From NCBI GenBank assembly GCA_964458595.1, contig CAYWJQ010000005.1, positions 6,834 to 70,833 of the forward strand: a DNA stretch of 64,000 bases, in the 5' to 3' direction. Source of the stretch: an uncultured Thermoplasmata archaeon. Its GTDB lineage: Archaea; Thermoplasmatota; Thermoplasmata; Halarchaeoplasmatales; Halarchaeoplasmataceae. This document shows, piece after piece, positions 21,001-29,227 of the stretch. The number at the start of each line of letters is the position of its first letter. Within the stretch, counting starts at the first letter, position 1. The notes under the pieces were generated by a model. It did no database searches and was not told where the DNA came from. It was given only the letters and a program-made list of their open reading frames with translations. A program made the position numbers and the translations under genes.

Positions 21001-21014
21001 AAACCCTTTTCCTT
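21001..21014 (+). terminator. A-run plus pyrimidine tract (AAACCCTTTTCCTT) after the thermosome gene
   Basis: Immediately 3' of the stop; similar motifs follow dnaK, gcvPB, the PKD gene and the 56956-58473 gene. Confidence 0.45.
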
Positions 21015-21065
21015 AATTTTAATTATAATTTTCTATTGAACTTCTAAAAAAATTACTTTGCCATC

Positions 21066-21635
21066 TCAGATGTATTTTTCTACTATATCGCCGAATTCTT
21101 TTTTCACGTCTTCGAGACCATTTTCAGCGTCTATTACTTTCCACCCATACTTGTCTGCTAGTTTCAGATAATTGTTTCTGACCTTTTCTAAAAATTCGAT
21201 CCTTTCGTACTTGCTCTTTTTTTCACGATCGGTTATCCTCTCTAATGAGACCTCGGGATCTAGATCAAAAAGAACGGTCAAATCCGGTTCTAAGATGAAA
21301 GGTTTCTGTATATTTTCGACGTACTGGAGATCTATTTCCTGGTTAGCCGCTTGATATGCTGCCGTAGATCCCCAGTATCTGTCACACAGAACCGGTTTAC
21401 CGTTGGCTAACTCATTCTCGATCTCTTCGATATGTTCGACTCTATCAGCGAGATATAGAAAAAGATCAAGGTAAGGAGGCGTTTTTTGGTGAGCAATTTT
21501 TTGAGCATACTTTCCGATATCCGTTTCTGTCGGCTCTTTAGTCAAGTAAATATCATTATGCTTTTTTCTGAAAGACTCAACTGCACTCGACTTACCCGAC
21601 CCGTCTATGCCTTCTAGTACGATGAAATTTGACAT
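21066..21635 (-). CDS. tmk: Thymidylate kinase
   Basis: EGIDGSGKSS P-loop, LYLADR and CDRY motifs. Confidence 0.93.
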   Translation of the reverse strand: MSNFIVLEGIDGSGKSSAVESFRKKHNDIYLTKEPTETDIGKYAQKIAHQKTPPYLDLFLYLADRVEHIEEIENELANGKPVLCDRYWGSTAAYQAANQEIDLQYVENIQKPFILEPDLTVLFDLDPEVSLERITDREKKSKYERIEFLEKVRNNYLKLADKYGWKVIDAENGLEDVKKEFGDIVEKYI

Positions 21636-21729
21636 CCTTTTGATTATCGAGCCATATCAAAATAGTTTTTCGGTTATTCGAGCGGTATCAAGGATTAGAT
21701 TTAAGTACATGTAGTCGATAAATCACTTG

Positions 21730-21951
21730 ATGACTGATAATAGACCCCTCACAGTCCTGAACAATAACTTGGGAAGCAACGTGATAGTCGAGTTGAAGTA
21801 CGGAAAGGAATACAGAGGTAAACTTGACGGCTACGATCCGCATTTAAATCTAGTGATGGAGGATGTCAAGGAATTTATCGACGGAGAAAAGACAAGAGAG
21901 ATGGACAGGGCTCTTGTTCGAGGGGACAACGTAGTTTACGTTTCACCATAA
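21730..21951 (+). CDS. Sm-like archaeal protein (LSm)
   Basis: 'RPL..L', 'GKLDGYDPHLNLVM' and 'VRGDNVVYVSP' motifs; adjacent to rpl37e as usual in archaea. Confidence 0.93.
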   Translation: MTDNRPLTVLNNNLGSNVIVELKYGKEYRGKLDGYDPHLNLVMEDVKEFIDGEKTREMDRALVRGDNVVYVSP

Positions 21952-21968
21952 TAATGGGGTGATCAAAC

Positions 21969-22136
21969 ATGGGTAAAGGAACACCGTCTCAAGGAAAAAA
22001 ATCGTCCGGCAAAACACATATACCGTGCAGACGCTGCGGTAAGAAGGCATATAACGTGAAAAAAGGCTACTGCGCGTCCTGTGGATTCGGAAAATCATCT
22101 AAAAAACGAGAATACAGCTGGGCAAAAGACCACTGA
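21969..22136 (+). CDS. rpl37e: 50S ribosomal protein L37e (absent from the ORF track because it is under 60 aa)
   Basis: Hand translation: [55 protein letters not shown]; CxxC..CxxC Zn finger; GGGGTGA SD upstream. Confidence 0.96.
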   Translation: MGKGTPSQGKKSSGKTHIPCRRCGKKAYNVKKGYCASCGFGKSSKKREYSWAKDH

Positions 22137-22237
22137 AAGGGTCAGTCGGACCGGCTATTTTCTAAATTTAATCAAAGGATTATCTCATCTTTCCCGAAAA
22201 GATAAAAACTAGAACATAGTTTAGAAGTTGAACAAAA

Positions 22238-22843
22238 ATGAGCAGGATGCCTTTTTATCTCAAGCAGAGGGTAGAAGAGGTCAAGGAAAGGCAGATGCCG
22301 AAGCAGGAAATGAGTAAAAGACTGCCTAGATGGGAGAAAAGAGTGATCACTTGGATCGTCATATTGATATTCTGGTTCCTTGTCAGCGGAAATCTTTCCT
22401 GGCAGAATGGGATAATCGGGGGCGTCGTGGCTATGATTATATCGAGTTTCATGTATGAGAACTTGACAGACGATCTGAGAGTGGAAGGCACCCTTGGTAA
22501 AAAAATACTTTATCTTTTGTTCATCCAGTTCCCAGAATACATCTTTATCATGGTCTTCCAACTCGTGGAGAGTAACCTCAAGGTGGTCAAACACGCTATT
22601 TTTATGGATATCAACCCGGGAATAGTGAAGATAAATACGGACCTTCAATCGGATACCGGAACGACTATACTAGCTAATTCTATAACTTTAACTCCGGGCA
22701 CTTTGACCATCGACGTGGATAAAAAACTGGATAGAACGAATCTGTATGTTCATTGGATAGATCTCAAGACTATGGATATCGAGAAGGCCGGTAGTGAAAT
22801 AAAAGGTGATGTTGAAAGATGGTTGAAGAAAATCTTCTGGTAG
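22238..22843 (+). CDS. mnhE: Na+/H+ antiporter subunit E (MnhE/MbhA-like)
   Basis: 'INPGIVK', 'LANSITLTPGTLT' and 'LYVHWID' motifs. Confidence 0.9.
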   Translation: MSRMPFYLKQRVEEVKERQMPKQEMSKRLPRWEKRVITWIVILIFWFLVSGNLSWQNGIIGGVVAMIISSFMYENLTDDLRVEGTLGKKILYLLFIQFPEYIFIMVFQLVESNLKVVKHAIFMDINPGIVKINTDLQSDTGTTILANSITLTPGTLTIDVDKKLDRTNLYVHWIDLKTMDIEKAGSEIKGDVERWLKKIFW

Positions 22844-23106
22844 ATCCACTTTGGTGGACCATGGTGATATTGCTAGGTACAAGTTTTGTGTTATTTTATA
22901 GAGTAGTTTTCGGTCCGACTCAACCGGACAGGATAATAGGGTTGAATACCATAACTACAAAATTGGTCGTGGTGATCGTTATCCTTTCGATAATATTAAA
23001 AGAATATTTTCTTATAGATCTAGCTATAGTCCTACTCATGGTTAATACGGTCGGAAGCTTGATCTTGGCTAAACACTTCGAACGGAGGGGAGAAACATCA
23101 TCTTAG
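22819..23106 (+). CDS. mnhF: Na+/H+ antiporter subunit F (MnhF/MbhB-like)
   Basis: 'RVVFGPTQPDRIIGL' motif; 3 TM; operon position. Confidence 0.85.
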   Translation: MVEENLLVDPLWWTMVILLGTSFVLFYRVVFGPTQPDRIIGLNTITTKLVVVIVILSIILKEYFLIDLAIVLLMVNTVGSLILAKHFERRGETSS

Positions 23107-23411
23107 AGCTGATCCTTCTGATCATGGGTAACCTGATCATGATATTCGGGGCGATCGGTCTCTTAAGATTCCCGGATATGTATACTCGTTTGCACGCTTC
23201 TTCTAAAACAGACACGGGAGGGGCCATGACTATACTGATCGCTACGGCTTTACTGACGACGCCATTTTTGATAAAGATAAAGATCTTGATCTTGATCTTT
23301 CTGATCGCGATGATCAATCCTATGATCTCGCACGCTATAGCCCGAGGAGGACACAAGTGGGGCGTAAGACCGATAGTGGTGGTGGATATGTATGATAGGG
23401 ATAATCCATGA
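23097..23411 (+). CDS. mnhG: Na+/H+ antiporter subunit G (MnhG/MbhC-like); start probably ATC 23097 (first ATG is 23124)
   Basis: 'IGLLRFPDMYTRLHASSKTDTGG' motif; the frame is open from ATC 23097, 8 nt after GGAGG. Confidence 0.85.
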   Translation: MILELILLIMGNLIMIFGAIGLLRFPDMYTRLHASSKTDTGGAMTILIATALLTTPFLIKIKILILIFLIAMINPMISHAIARGGHKWGVRPIVVVDMYDRDNP

Positions 23412-23634
23412 GGTCATCTTGATCGGGATGATATTTCTAGCCCTCATGATAGTTGAAGAAAGAGACCTATTAAAGGCGGTGATGGAATTTGCCCTACTTC
23501 AGACACTACTCGTGATCAGTTTGTTCTTGCTTAAAGCGCCGGACGTGGCCCTTTCAGCTATCGTTGTGGGCGCACTGATCATCGGGATATTCATCTACAC
23601 GATCCAGGAGGGGATACTATCAAAAAGAAGTTAG
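23392..23634 (+). CDS. MnhB-related small subunit (DUF4040/MbhD-like)
   Basis: 'LLKAPDVALSAIVVGA' motif typical of DUF4040; 3 TM. Confidence 0.8.
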   Translation: MIGIIHEVILIGMIFLALMIVEERDLLKAVMEFALLQTLLVISLFLLKAPDVALSAIVVGALIIGIFIYTIQEGILSKRS

Positions 23635-23867
23635 CGGCCTTCATCCTCATATTGATATTGGCTTCACTACTTTTACCTCTGGATTATTCTAGAGAAGGTA
23701 GTGGAAGCTATGATCATTATGTCTCAAATTGGGAAGACGTGGGAGTACACAACGTGGTGACGGCTGTACTCACCGACTGGAGAGCTTACGATACTTTGGG
23801 AGAAGCATTAGCTCTATTTATAGCCCTATTCGGTGTCTACTCTATCTTGGGAGGAGATGAAGAATGA
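23619..23867 (+). CDS. MbhE-like small antiporter subunit; start probably ATC 23619 (track start is TTG 23652)
   Basis: 'NVVTAVLTDWRAYDTLGEA' matches the MbhE/MrpB 'N.VT....D.R..DTLGE' motif. Confidence 0.78.
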   Translation: MKKKLAAFILILILASLLLPLDYSREGSGSYDHYVSNWEDVGVHNVVTAVLTDWRAYDTLGEALALFIALFGVYSILGGDEE

Positions 23868-24286
23868 AGATGTCTATCGTAGTTATGAAAAGTTCAAAAT
23901 TACTCGCACCTTTCCTGGTGGCCTATGGAGCTTACCTCTTGGCATTTAGCCATCTGAACCCGGGAGGGGGTTTCCAAGGAGGTGTTATACTCGCCGTGAG
24001 CGTTATCCTGCTCATAACGTCTCATGGATACGAATCCGTCAAGGATACTTTTAGAATCGGATTGGTAAAAAAGATAGAGAGCTATTCCGCACTTTTGATA
24101 CTTCTCATGGCTATCGCGGGTCTGTTCTTCGGAGCTTTCTTTTTGAATTTTATAAAAGGAGGCGAACCGGGGACGTTATTCAGCGGAGGCACCGTTGTGA
24201 TCTACAATATATTGATAGGTCTAAAGATCGGATCTGCCTTTGTTCTATTATTCTACACGTTGATGAGGTGGACAGAAAGTGATTGA
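23864..24286 (+). CDS. mnhB: Na+/H+ antiporter subunit B (MnhB/MbhF-like)
   Basis: 'HLNPGGGFQGG' and 'GTLFSGG' motifs. Confidence 0.9.
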   Translation: MKMSIVVMKSSKLLAPFLVAYGAYLLAFSHLNPGGGFQGGVILAVSVILLITSHGYESVKDTFRIGLVKKIESYSALLILLMAIAGLFFGAFFLNFIKGGEPGTLFSGGTVVIYNILIGLKIGSAFVLLFYTLMRWTESD

Positions 24287-24596
24287 TTCTATCACTGGAG
24301 GATATCTTTCCGCTGAAATCGCCGGGATCGTTCTCATCCTTGTGGGACTTTACGGTTTGATGGTAAAAACCAATCTGATAAAACACGTAATATCTATCAA
24401 TATTATATCTACAGGTGTAGTTCTTTTCTTCACCAGCTTAGGATATGTCGAAGGAGGGAAGGCCCCGCTCGTTCCTAATGAAAATATGGTCGATCCGCTG
24501 CCTGCCACCCTTATGCTGACCACCTTGGTCATCGACGTAGCTATTACCTCGTTCGCCCTAGCCCTGATAATAAGGATGGGGAGGGATAAAGATTGA
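24279..24596 (+). CDS. mnhC: Na+/H+ antiporter subunit C (MnhC/MbhG-like)
   Basis: 'NLIK', 'MVDPLPATLMLTTLVI' motifs. Confidence 0.9.
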   Translation: MIDSITGGYLSAEIAGIVLILVGLYGLMVKTNLIKHVISINIISTGVVLFFTSLGYVEGGKAPLVPNENMVDPLPATLMLTTLVIDVAITSFALALIIRMGRDKD

Positions 24597-26176
24597 TACC
24601 GGTGATGGTGGCCTTACCTCTGCTGTTCGCTTTTCTTTTTACGATCTCCACTTATTCTGATATCGATGAAGTATTTAGAGAAGCTCTGTTTTTAACTGGT
24701 ATATTCTCTCCCATACCGGTCTTTTTGTTTTATCTAGATGATCTACCCTTTAATACCGTATTAGGAGGATGGACTAGAGTCTCCGGGATCGAAGTTGGTC
24801 TCGACGGGATAAATTATTTCTTCTTATCGGCGGCTTTCATAGTCTTCGGTCTAGTCGCCATCTACAGCCTGACTTATTTCGACAGAATAGAGAATATTAA
24901 AGGGAGCGTATCTAAAAACTCAAAATTCACCCTCATACTTCTTCTTTATGCCGGCGTGTTGGGCAGTTTCATCACTCGGGACCTTTTCGATTTCGCCGTC
25001 TATATGGAAATAGCGTCGATCTCAGCTATCATATTGGTCGCTAGTTCTTCCTCAAAAAGGTCGAAATTGGCTTCATTCCGATATCTGATACTTTATCTTC
25101 TCTCGTCCTTTTTCTTTATATTTTCTCTTGGGATAATTTACGTGAAAACGGGTTACCTCAATTTTCACCTTATCGAGCAGAGTATAGTTTTGGATTTGGA
25201 GACGAAGGTCGCCATATCTTTAGCTTTTATCGCGCTGATCACGAAAGCGGGTATCTTCCCTCTTCACTTCTGGCTTCCTGAAGCTCATTCGAGAGCCGAC
25301 ACTCCAGTGAGCGCTTTACTCTCGGGGATAACGGTCAAGGTGCCCATATATGGTATGATACTGTTTTTGCAGTACACTCCCGTAGGATTTTTGACTCTAC
25401 CTTTGATGGTGGTGGCTTTCACTTCCATGATCCTAGGTATAGTCATGGCTCTTCTTCAGAAAAACGCAAAAAAACTGTTGGCCTATCACACCGTCTCTCA
25501 GATGGGTATCATATTGTTGGCTGTTTCAGTTTTAGATGCATACGCCGCAGCCCATTACGTTCTAGCTCACTCACTATTTAAATCCGGCCTATTCTTGGCT
25601 GTTGGCGTCTCGGTATCATCATATGGAACGAGGGACCTAAAGAAGCTCTCGTTCGGCGGAAAAAGATCTTTGATGATTTCCGTGGTAATACTGAGCTTGG
25701 CAATAGGCGGCATTTCACCTCTTATTGGAGCTTTCGGAAAGCACGAGATCATGGCGGAGATCAGCGAGATAGGCGTTTACCTTATATATGCTGGTTCGAT
25801 CGGAACTTTGATATCATTTTCAAAACTGAATTATAGGCTTTTCAAGTCCGGAGATGATAGTGAAATAAAAAAGGATCACAGGTGGGAAATCGCGATATCT
25901 TTTGTCCTTGCTCTCCTGACTATCGGTTTTGGGATTTACTATTACCCAAAACTTTACATGACGGATATCTTACTCCTGATCACTGCTGTAGCGGTATTTT
26001 TTGTTTTGAAATATCTGAAGGTATTAGAATGGAAATTACCCAGATATTACGAGAAAAATACGAGGGGGTTAGCTGAACAGATCAATCTTTATACCGCCGT
26101 TTTCGTCTTTTTGAATATATCATTTCTCATTGTCGTTCTTTCTGAAGATATCTTTCAGATGTTACCTATACCTTAA
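24593..26176 (+). CDS. mnhD: Na+/H+ antiporter subunit D (MnhD/MbhH-like), copy 1
   Basis: 'VYMEIAS', 'KAGIFPLHFWLPEAH' and 'LAYHTVSQMG' motifs; conserved charged residues of antiporter-like subunits present. Confidence 0.9.
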   Translation: MIPVMVALPLLFAFLFTISTYSDIDEVFREALFLTGIFSPIPVFLFYLDDLPFNTVLGGWTRVSGIEVGLDGINYFFLSAAFIVFGLVAIYSLTYFDRIENIKGSVSKNSKFTLILLLYAGVLGSFITRDLFDFAVYMEIASISAIILVASSSSKRSKLASFRYLILYLLSSFFFIFSLGIIYVKTGYLNFHLIEQSIVLDLETKVAISLAFIALITKAGIFPLHFWLPEAHSRADTPVSALLSGITVKVPIYGMILFLQYTPVGFLTLPLMVVAFTSMILGIVMALLQKNAKKLLAYHTVSQMGIILLAVSVLDAYAAAHYVLAHSLFKSGLFLAVGVSVSSYGTRDLKKLSFGGKRSLMISVVILSLAIGGISPLIGAFGKHEIMAEISEIGVYLIYAGSIGTLISFSKLNYRLFKSGDDSEIKKDHRWEIAISFVLALLTIGFGIYYYPKLYMTDILLLITAVAVFFVLKYLKVLEWKLPRYYEKNTRGLAEQINLYTAVFVFLNISFLIVVLSEDIFQMLPIP

Positions 26177-26188
26177 GGAGGTCAATAG

Positions 26189-26287
26189 ACGATCAAGATT
26201 AAGAAATATGTACTTTATCGAATACAAAGGAGGAATGAAATGCTGAAAATGATCCGTGAGACCTATCATACCACGGAGCGTGGGTAA
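26189..26287 (+). CDS. Putative 32-aa small protein between the two mnhD genes (ACG start; in-frame ATG at 26240)
   Basis: GGAGGT SD at 26177-26182, 7 nt from GGAGG to ACG; frame reads TIKIKKYVLYRIQRRNEMLKMIRETYHTTERG* and stops 2 nt before the next start. Confidence 0.4.
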   Translation, partial: TIKIKKYVLYRIQRRNEMLKMIRETYHTTERG

Positions 26288-26289
26288 AA

Positions 26290-27861
26290 GTGATACCGTT
26301 GATAGTGATCCTTCCCATCCTATCCGCCTTTTTGTTAACGTTATCTACTTATTTCGAGCTAGACAGAATATATAGGGAAGGTCTGTTTATAGGAGGGATT
26401 TTTTCACCCATACCTGTTTTTCTTTCTTATTCGGGCAATCTTCCAGCAAATATCATCGTTGGAGGATGGAGCAGGGTTTCTGGGATAGAAATCGCTATCG
26501 ACGGTGTGAACTATTTCTTTCTATTAGCCGCTTTCATAGTATTTCCTTTAGTGGGCTTCTATAGTTTGAAATACTTCGATGTATCCAACGGGAGAAAAGG
26601 AGATGTATCTAAATACTCGAAATTCATCCTTATACTTTTTCTATATAGTGGAGTTCTAGGGACCTTCGTCACTAGAGATCTTTTTGATTTCGCCGTTTAC
26701 ATGGAAGTAGCCTCTATCTCCGCCATAATACTCGTCGCTAATTCTTCTTCAAAAAAGGCAAAGCTGGCATCGTTTCGCTATCTAATACTATACCTTATTT
26801 CATCCTTCTTCCTGTTCTTTTCTATCGGTTTGATCTACGTAAAAACCGGGTATCTCAATCTGCATCTGATAGAACAGAATCTAGTGATGGATAGAGAGAT
26901 AAAAGTCGCTATCAGTATTGCCTTTGTAGCCCTGATCGCCAAGGCGGGTATATTTCCGATCCACTTTTGGCTTCCAGAAGCTCACTCTAGAGCCGATACT
27001 CCTGTTAGCGCTTTACTCTCCGGGATCTCAGTAAAGGTACCGATATATGGGATGATCTTGTTCGTGCAGTACTTTTCAATTGGATTTCTAGCACTCCCTT
27101 TGATCATAGTGGCTTTTGCATCTGTAATCTTCGGTATCGCTATGGCTCTCTTTCAAACCGATATTAAAAAACTTTTAGCTTATTCTACCGTATCCCAGAT
27201 GGGGTTCGTGCTGATCGGCGTGTCCACTTCGAATGTATCCGGAGTTTCGATTTATGTACTGTCCCACGCGCTGGTCAAGTCTGGGCTGTTTTTGAGCATA
27301 GGGACGTTGATTAGCTCTCAGGGTCATAAAGATATCAAAAAGCTGTCATTGAAACACAAAAATATATTTATATTACCAATATTAATATTGAGCCTGAGTA
27401 TAGGTGGGATATCACCACTCCTAGGAGGATACGCAAAATACAGGATACTCAGCGAACTCGTTGGACTAGAAATATATCTATTTTATTCGGGCTCGATAGG
27501 AACATTAACCCTCTTCGCCATGGTTAACTACGAACTTTTCGATCTCGAAGGCGATCAAAAGATCGATATCGGCTTGGAAGCATTGATAGTATATCTGCTA
27601 GCCCTATCGACTTTAGCTTTAGGAATATATCACGATCTCAAATTCAATATCATGGATATCATACTTATAGCTGCGGCTATCCTTATCTTCTCAAGTCTGA
27701 GATTTTCAGGACTATTAGAATGGAATATTCCAAAATTTTACGAAGATAATATAGTCGGTCTAGCCAAACAGATCAATCTTTACACGACAGTGATAGTTTT
27801 GATCACCATATCTTTTCTGTTTAACGCCCTCTTCAAAGATATCTTTCAATTTCTTCTATGA
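26290..27861 (+). CDS. mnhD: Na+/H+ antiporter subunit D (MnhD/MbhH'-like), copy 2
   Basis: Clear paralog of 24593-26176 (e.g. HFWLPEAHSRADTPVSALLSGI is shared). Confidence 0.9.
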   Translation: MIPLIVILPILSAFLLTLSTYFELDRIYREGLFIGGIFSPIPVFLSYSGNLPANIIVGGWSRVSGIEIAIDGVNYFFLLAAFIVFPLVGFYSLKYFDVSNGRKGDVSKYSKFILILFLYSGVLGTFVTRDLFDFAVYMEVASISAIILVANSSSKKAKLASFRYLILYLISSFFLFFSIGLIYVKTGYLNLHLIEQNLVMDREIKVAISIAFVALIAKAGIFPIHFWLPEAHSRADTPVSALLSGISVKVPIYGMILFVQYFSIGFLALPLIIVAFASVIFGIAMALFQTDIKKLLAYSTVSQMGFVLIGVSTSNVSGVSIYVLSHALVKSGLFLSIGTLISSQGHKDIKKLSLKHKNIFILPILILSLSIGGISPLLGGYAKYRILSELVGLEIYLFYSGSIGTLTLFAMVNYELFDLEGDQKIDIGLEALIVYLLALSTLALGIYHDLKFNIMDIILIAAAILIFSSLRFSGLLEWNIPKFYEDNIVGLAKQINLYTTVIVLITISFLFNALFKDIFQFLL

Positions 27862-27913
27862 TTCTGGAACTATGATTGGACTGACCAAAATAACGATATT
27901 CTTTCTGGTCTTT

Positions 27914-28318
27914 TCACTTACATTTCCTGAAGGAGACTTCTATCACTTCTTCAGGTTTTTTCACTTCTTCTAAAAGTTCTTCCAGTTCCACATCCATATT
28001 GCTGATATCGAGTATCGATATGAGTATGCCCTGATCAGAATTCACGTCCTCGGTCTCATTGAACATTATATTGACGTTGTGTTCCGCGAATACACCGCTG
28101 ATCGTCGATAGAGCCCCGGGCTTGTTTTCCAAGATAAATTCGAATTCGACCAGCTCTTTGTCGGGAAGAGCTATCCTTTCCAACCTAGCTTCCTTAACCT
28201 CCGGGCTGACTTCGAGCAGAAAATAGGCGTCTTTCGACGCTCCTATATCATACGCCGAGTCGGCCGGCAGATCTATCTTCCCATCTTCATCCAGCCTCAC
28301 TATCTCATAATATGTCAT
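27914..28318 (-). CDS. ACT-domain protein with N-terminal AbrB/SpoVT-like segment
   Basis: 'VRLDEDGKIDLP' is AbrB-like; 'ENKPGALSTISGVFAEHNVNI' is the ACT signature. Confidence 0.75.
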   Translation of the reverse strand: MTYYEIVRLDEDGKIDLPADSAYDIGASKDAYFLLEVSPEVKEARLERIALPDKELVEFEFILENKPGALSTISGVFAEHNVNIMFNETEDVNSDQGILISILDISNMDVELEELLEEVKKPEEVIEVSFRKCK

Positions 28319-28383
28319 CGGATATCTAATGCTTTCAAGATTTATAAAACCAATGTTGGGGAAGTCAAAAAAAGAAAAAAGGT

Positions 28384-29217
28384 TCAGATCGTAAGTTCGA
28401 TCTCTATCTTGGCCTTTGTCAAGAGAAGCTGATCCACGTTATTTATGGGAGAGATCACTACTTTATTACCGTTCACGTTCACGTCACTATCTTGGAGAGC
28501 CGTAGAATTGATGAAGTAGTCATTCCACACTTGTGGATAGGCTGTAGTCAGATTCAGATGGACCGGTCCAGGAGAGGTATAGGTATTTTCGAATGAACTC
28601 ACCAATTCGGTAGTGATGCCGACTCTAGACGTCCCGGTGACACCTTCATCGGATCCTATCAGGTCTATCATAGTCATGCTTATCTGAAGACCCCCTCCTT
28701 CTTTCTCAATGGAGATATGGGGTTCAGCCCTCATGACCGCACCATCGTTCTGGACCAGTATTATCGCTCCGTGTTCATAGACGACAGTCTGAGATTCGAA
28801 CTCCCTGTTGAAAGCCCTATATGAGATATTACCGGTGCTGGGAGAGATATCGGTACTTCCGAACTCTACATTCAGTCCTCTGTCGTTTCCGCCCCAGGTG
28901 GGATCGAGTTCTAACCTCCCAGGACTAGCTCCCGCGAAAAGCGGAACACCTTGAGTCCCTAGATTTATAGATGAGTAGCGGGGATAATTCTTCTGGTCCG
29001 TCACTATCAGTGTGTCTATACTACCCTTCAGCTCAGCAAATTGGCCTTTCACTTCATCCATGTGATAAGCTTCCTTGTCTTCCATCCATACAGGGACGTA
29101 CTGCTGAGTTATCAATGAAAGTATACTCAAAAATACCAGCATAGCCATTATGGTTCCTACCGTTGTGGAAACCCCGCTTTCGGAATCATTTATTTCTGTC
29201 TTTCTCCTATGCATCAT
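28384..29217 (-). CDS. Archaeal type IV pilin-like protein (class III signal peptide)
   Basis: Short charged leader then 'SESG/VSTTVGTIMAMLVFLSILSLI' hydrophobic helix; last gene of the pilus locus. Confidence 0.75.
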   Translation of the reverse strand: MMHRRKTEINDSESGVSTTVGTIMAMLVFLSILSLITQQYVPVWMEDKEAYHMDEVKGQFAELKGSIDTLIVTDQKNYPRYSSINLGTQGVPLFAGASPGRLELDPTWGGNDRGLNVEFGSTDISPSTGNISYRAFNREFESQTVVYEHGAIILVQNDGAVMRAEPHISIEKEGGGLQISMTMIDLIGSDEGVTGTSRVGITTELVSSFENTYTSPGPVHLNLTTAYPQVWNDYFINSTALQDSDVNVNGNKVVISPINNVDQLLLTKAKIEIELTI

Positions 29218-29227
29218 CTATCACCAT

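Noticed and set aside
22238-27861. Calling the antiporter operon a membrane-bound hydrogenase
   Set aside because: No NiFe large/small subunit, NuoH-like or ferredoxin-like genes follow; the next gene is a convergent ACT protein.
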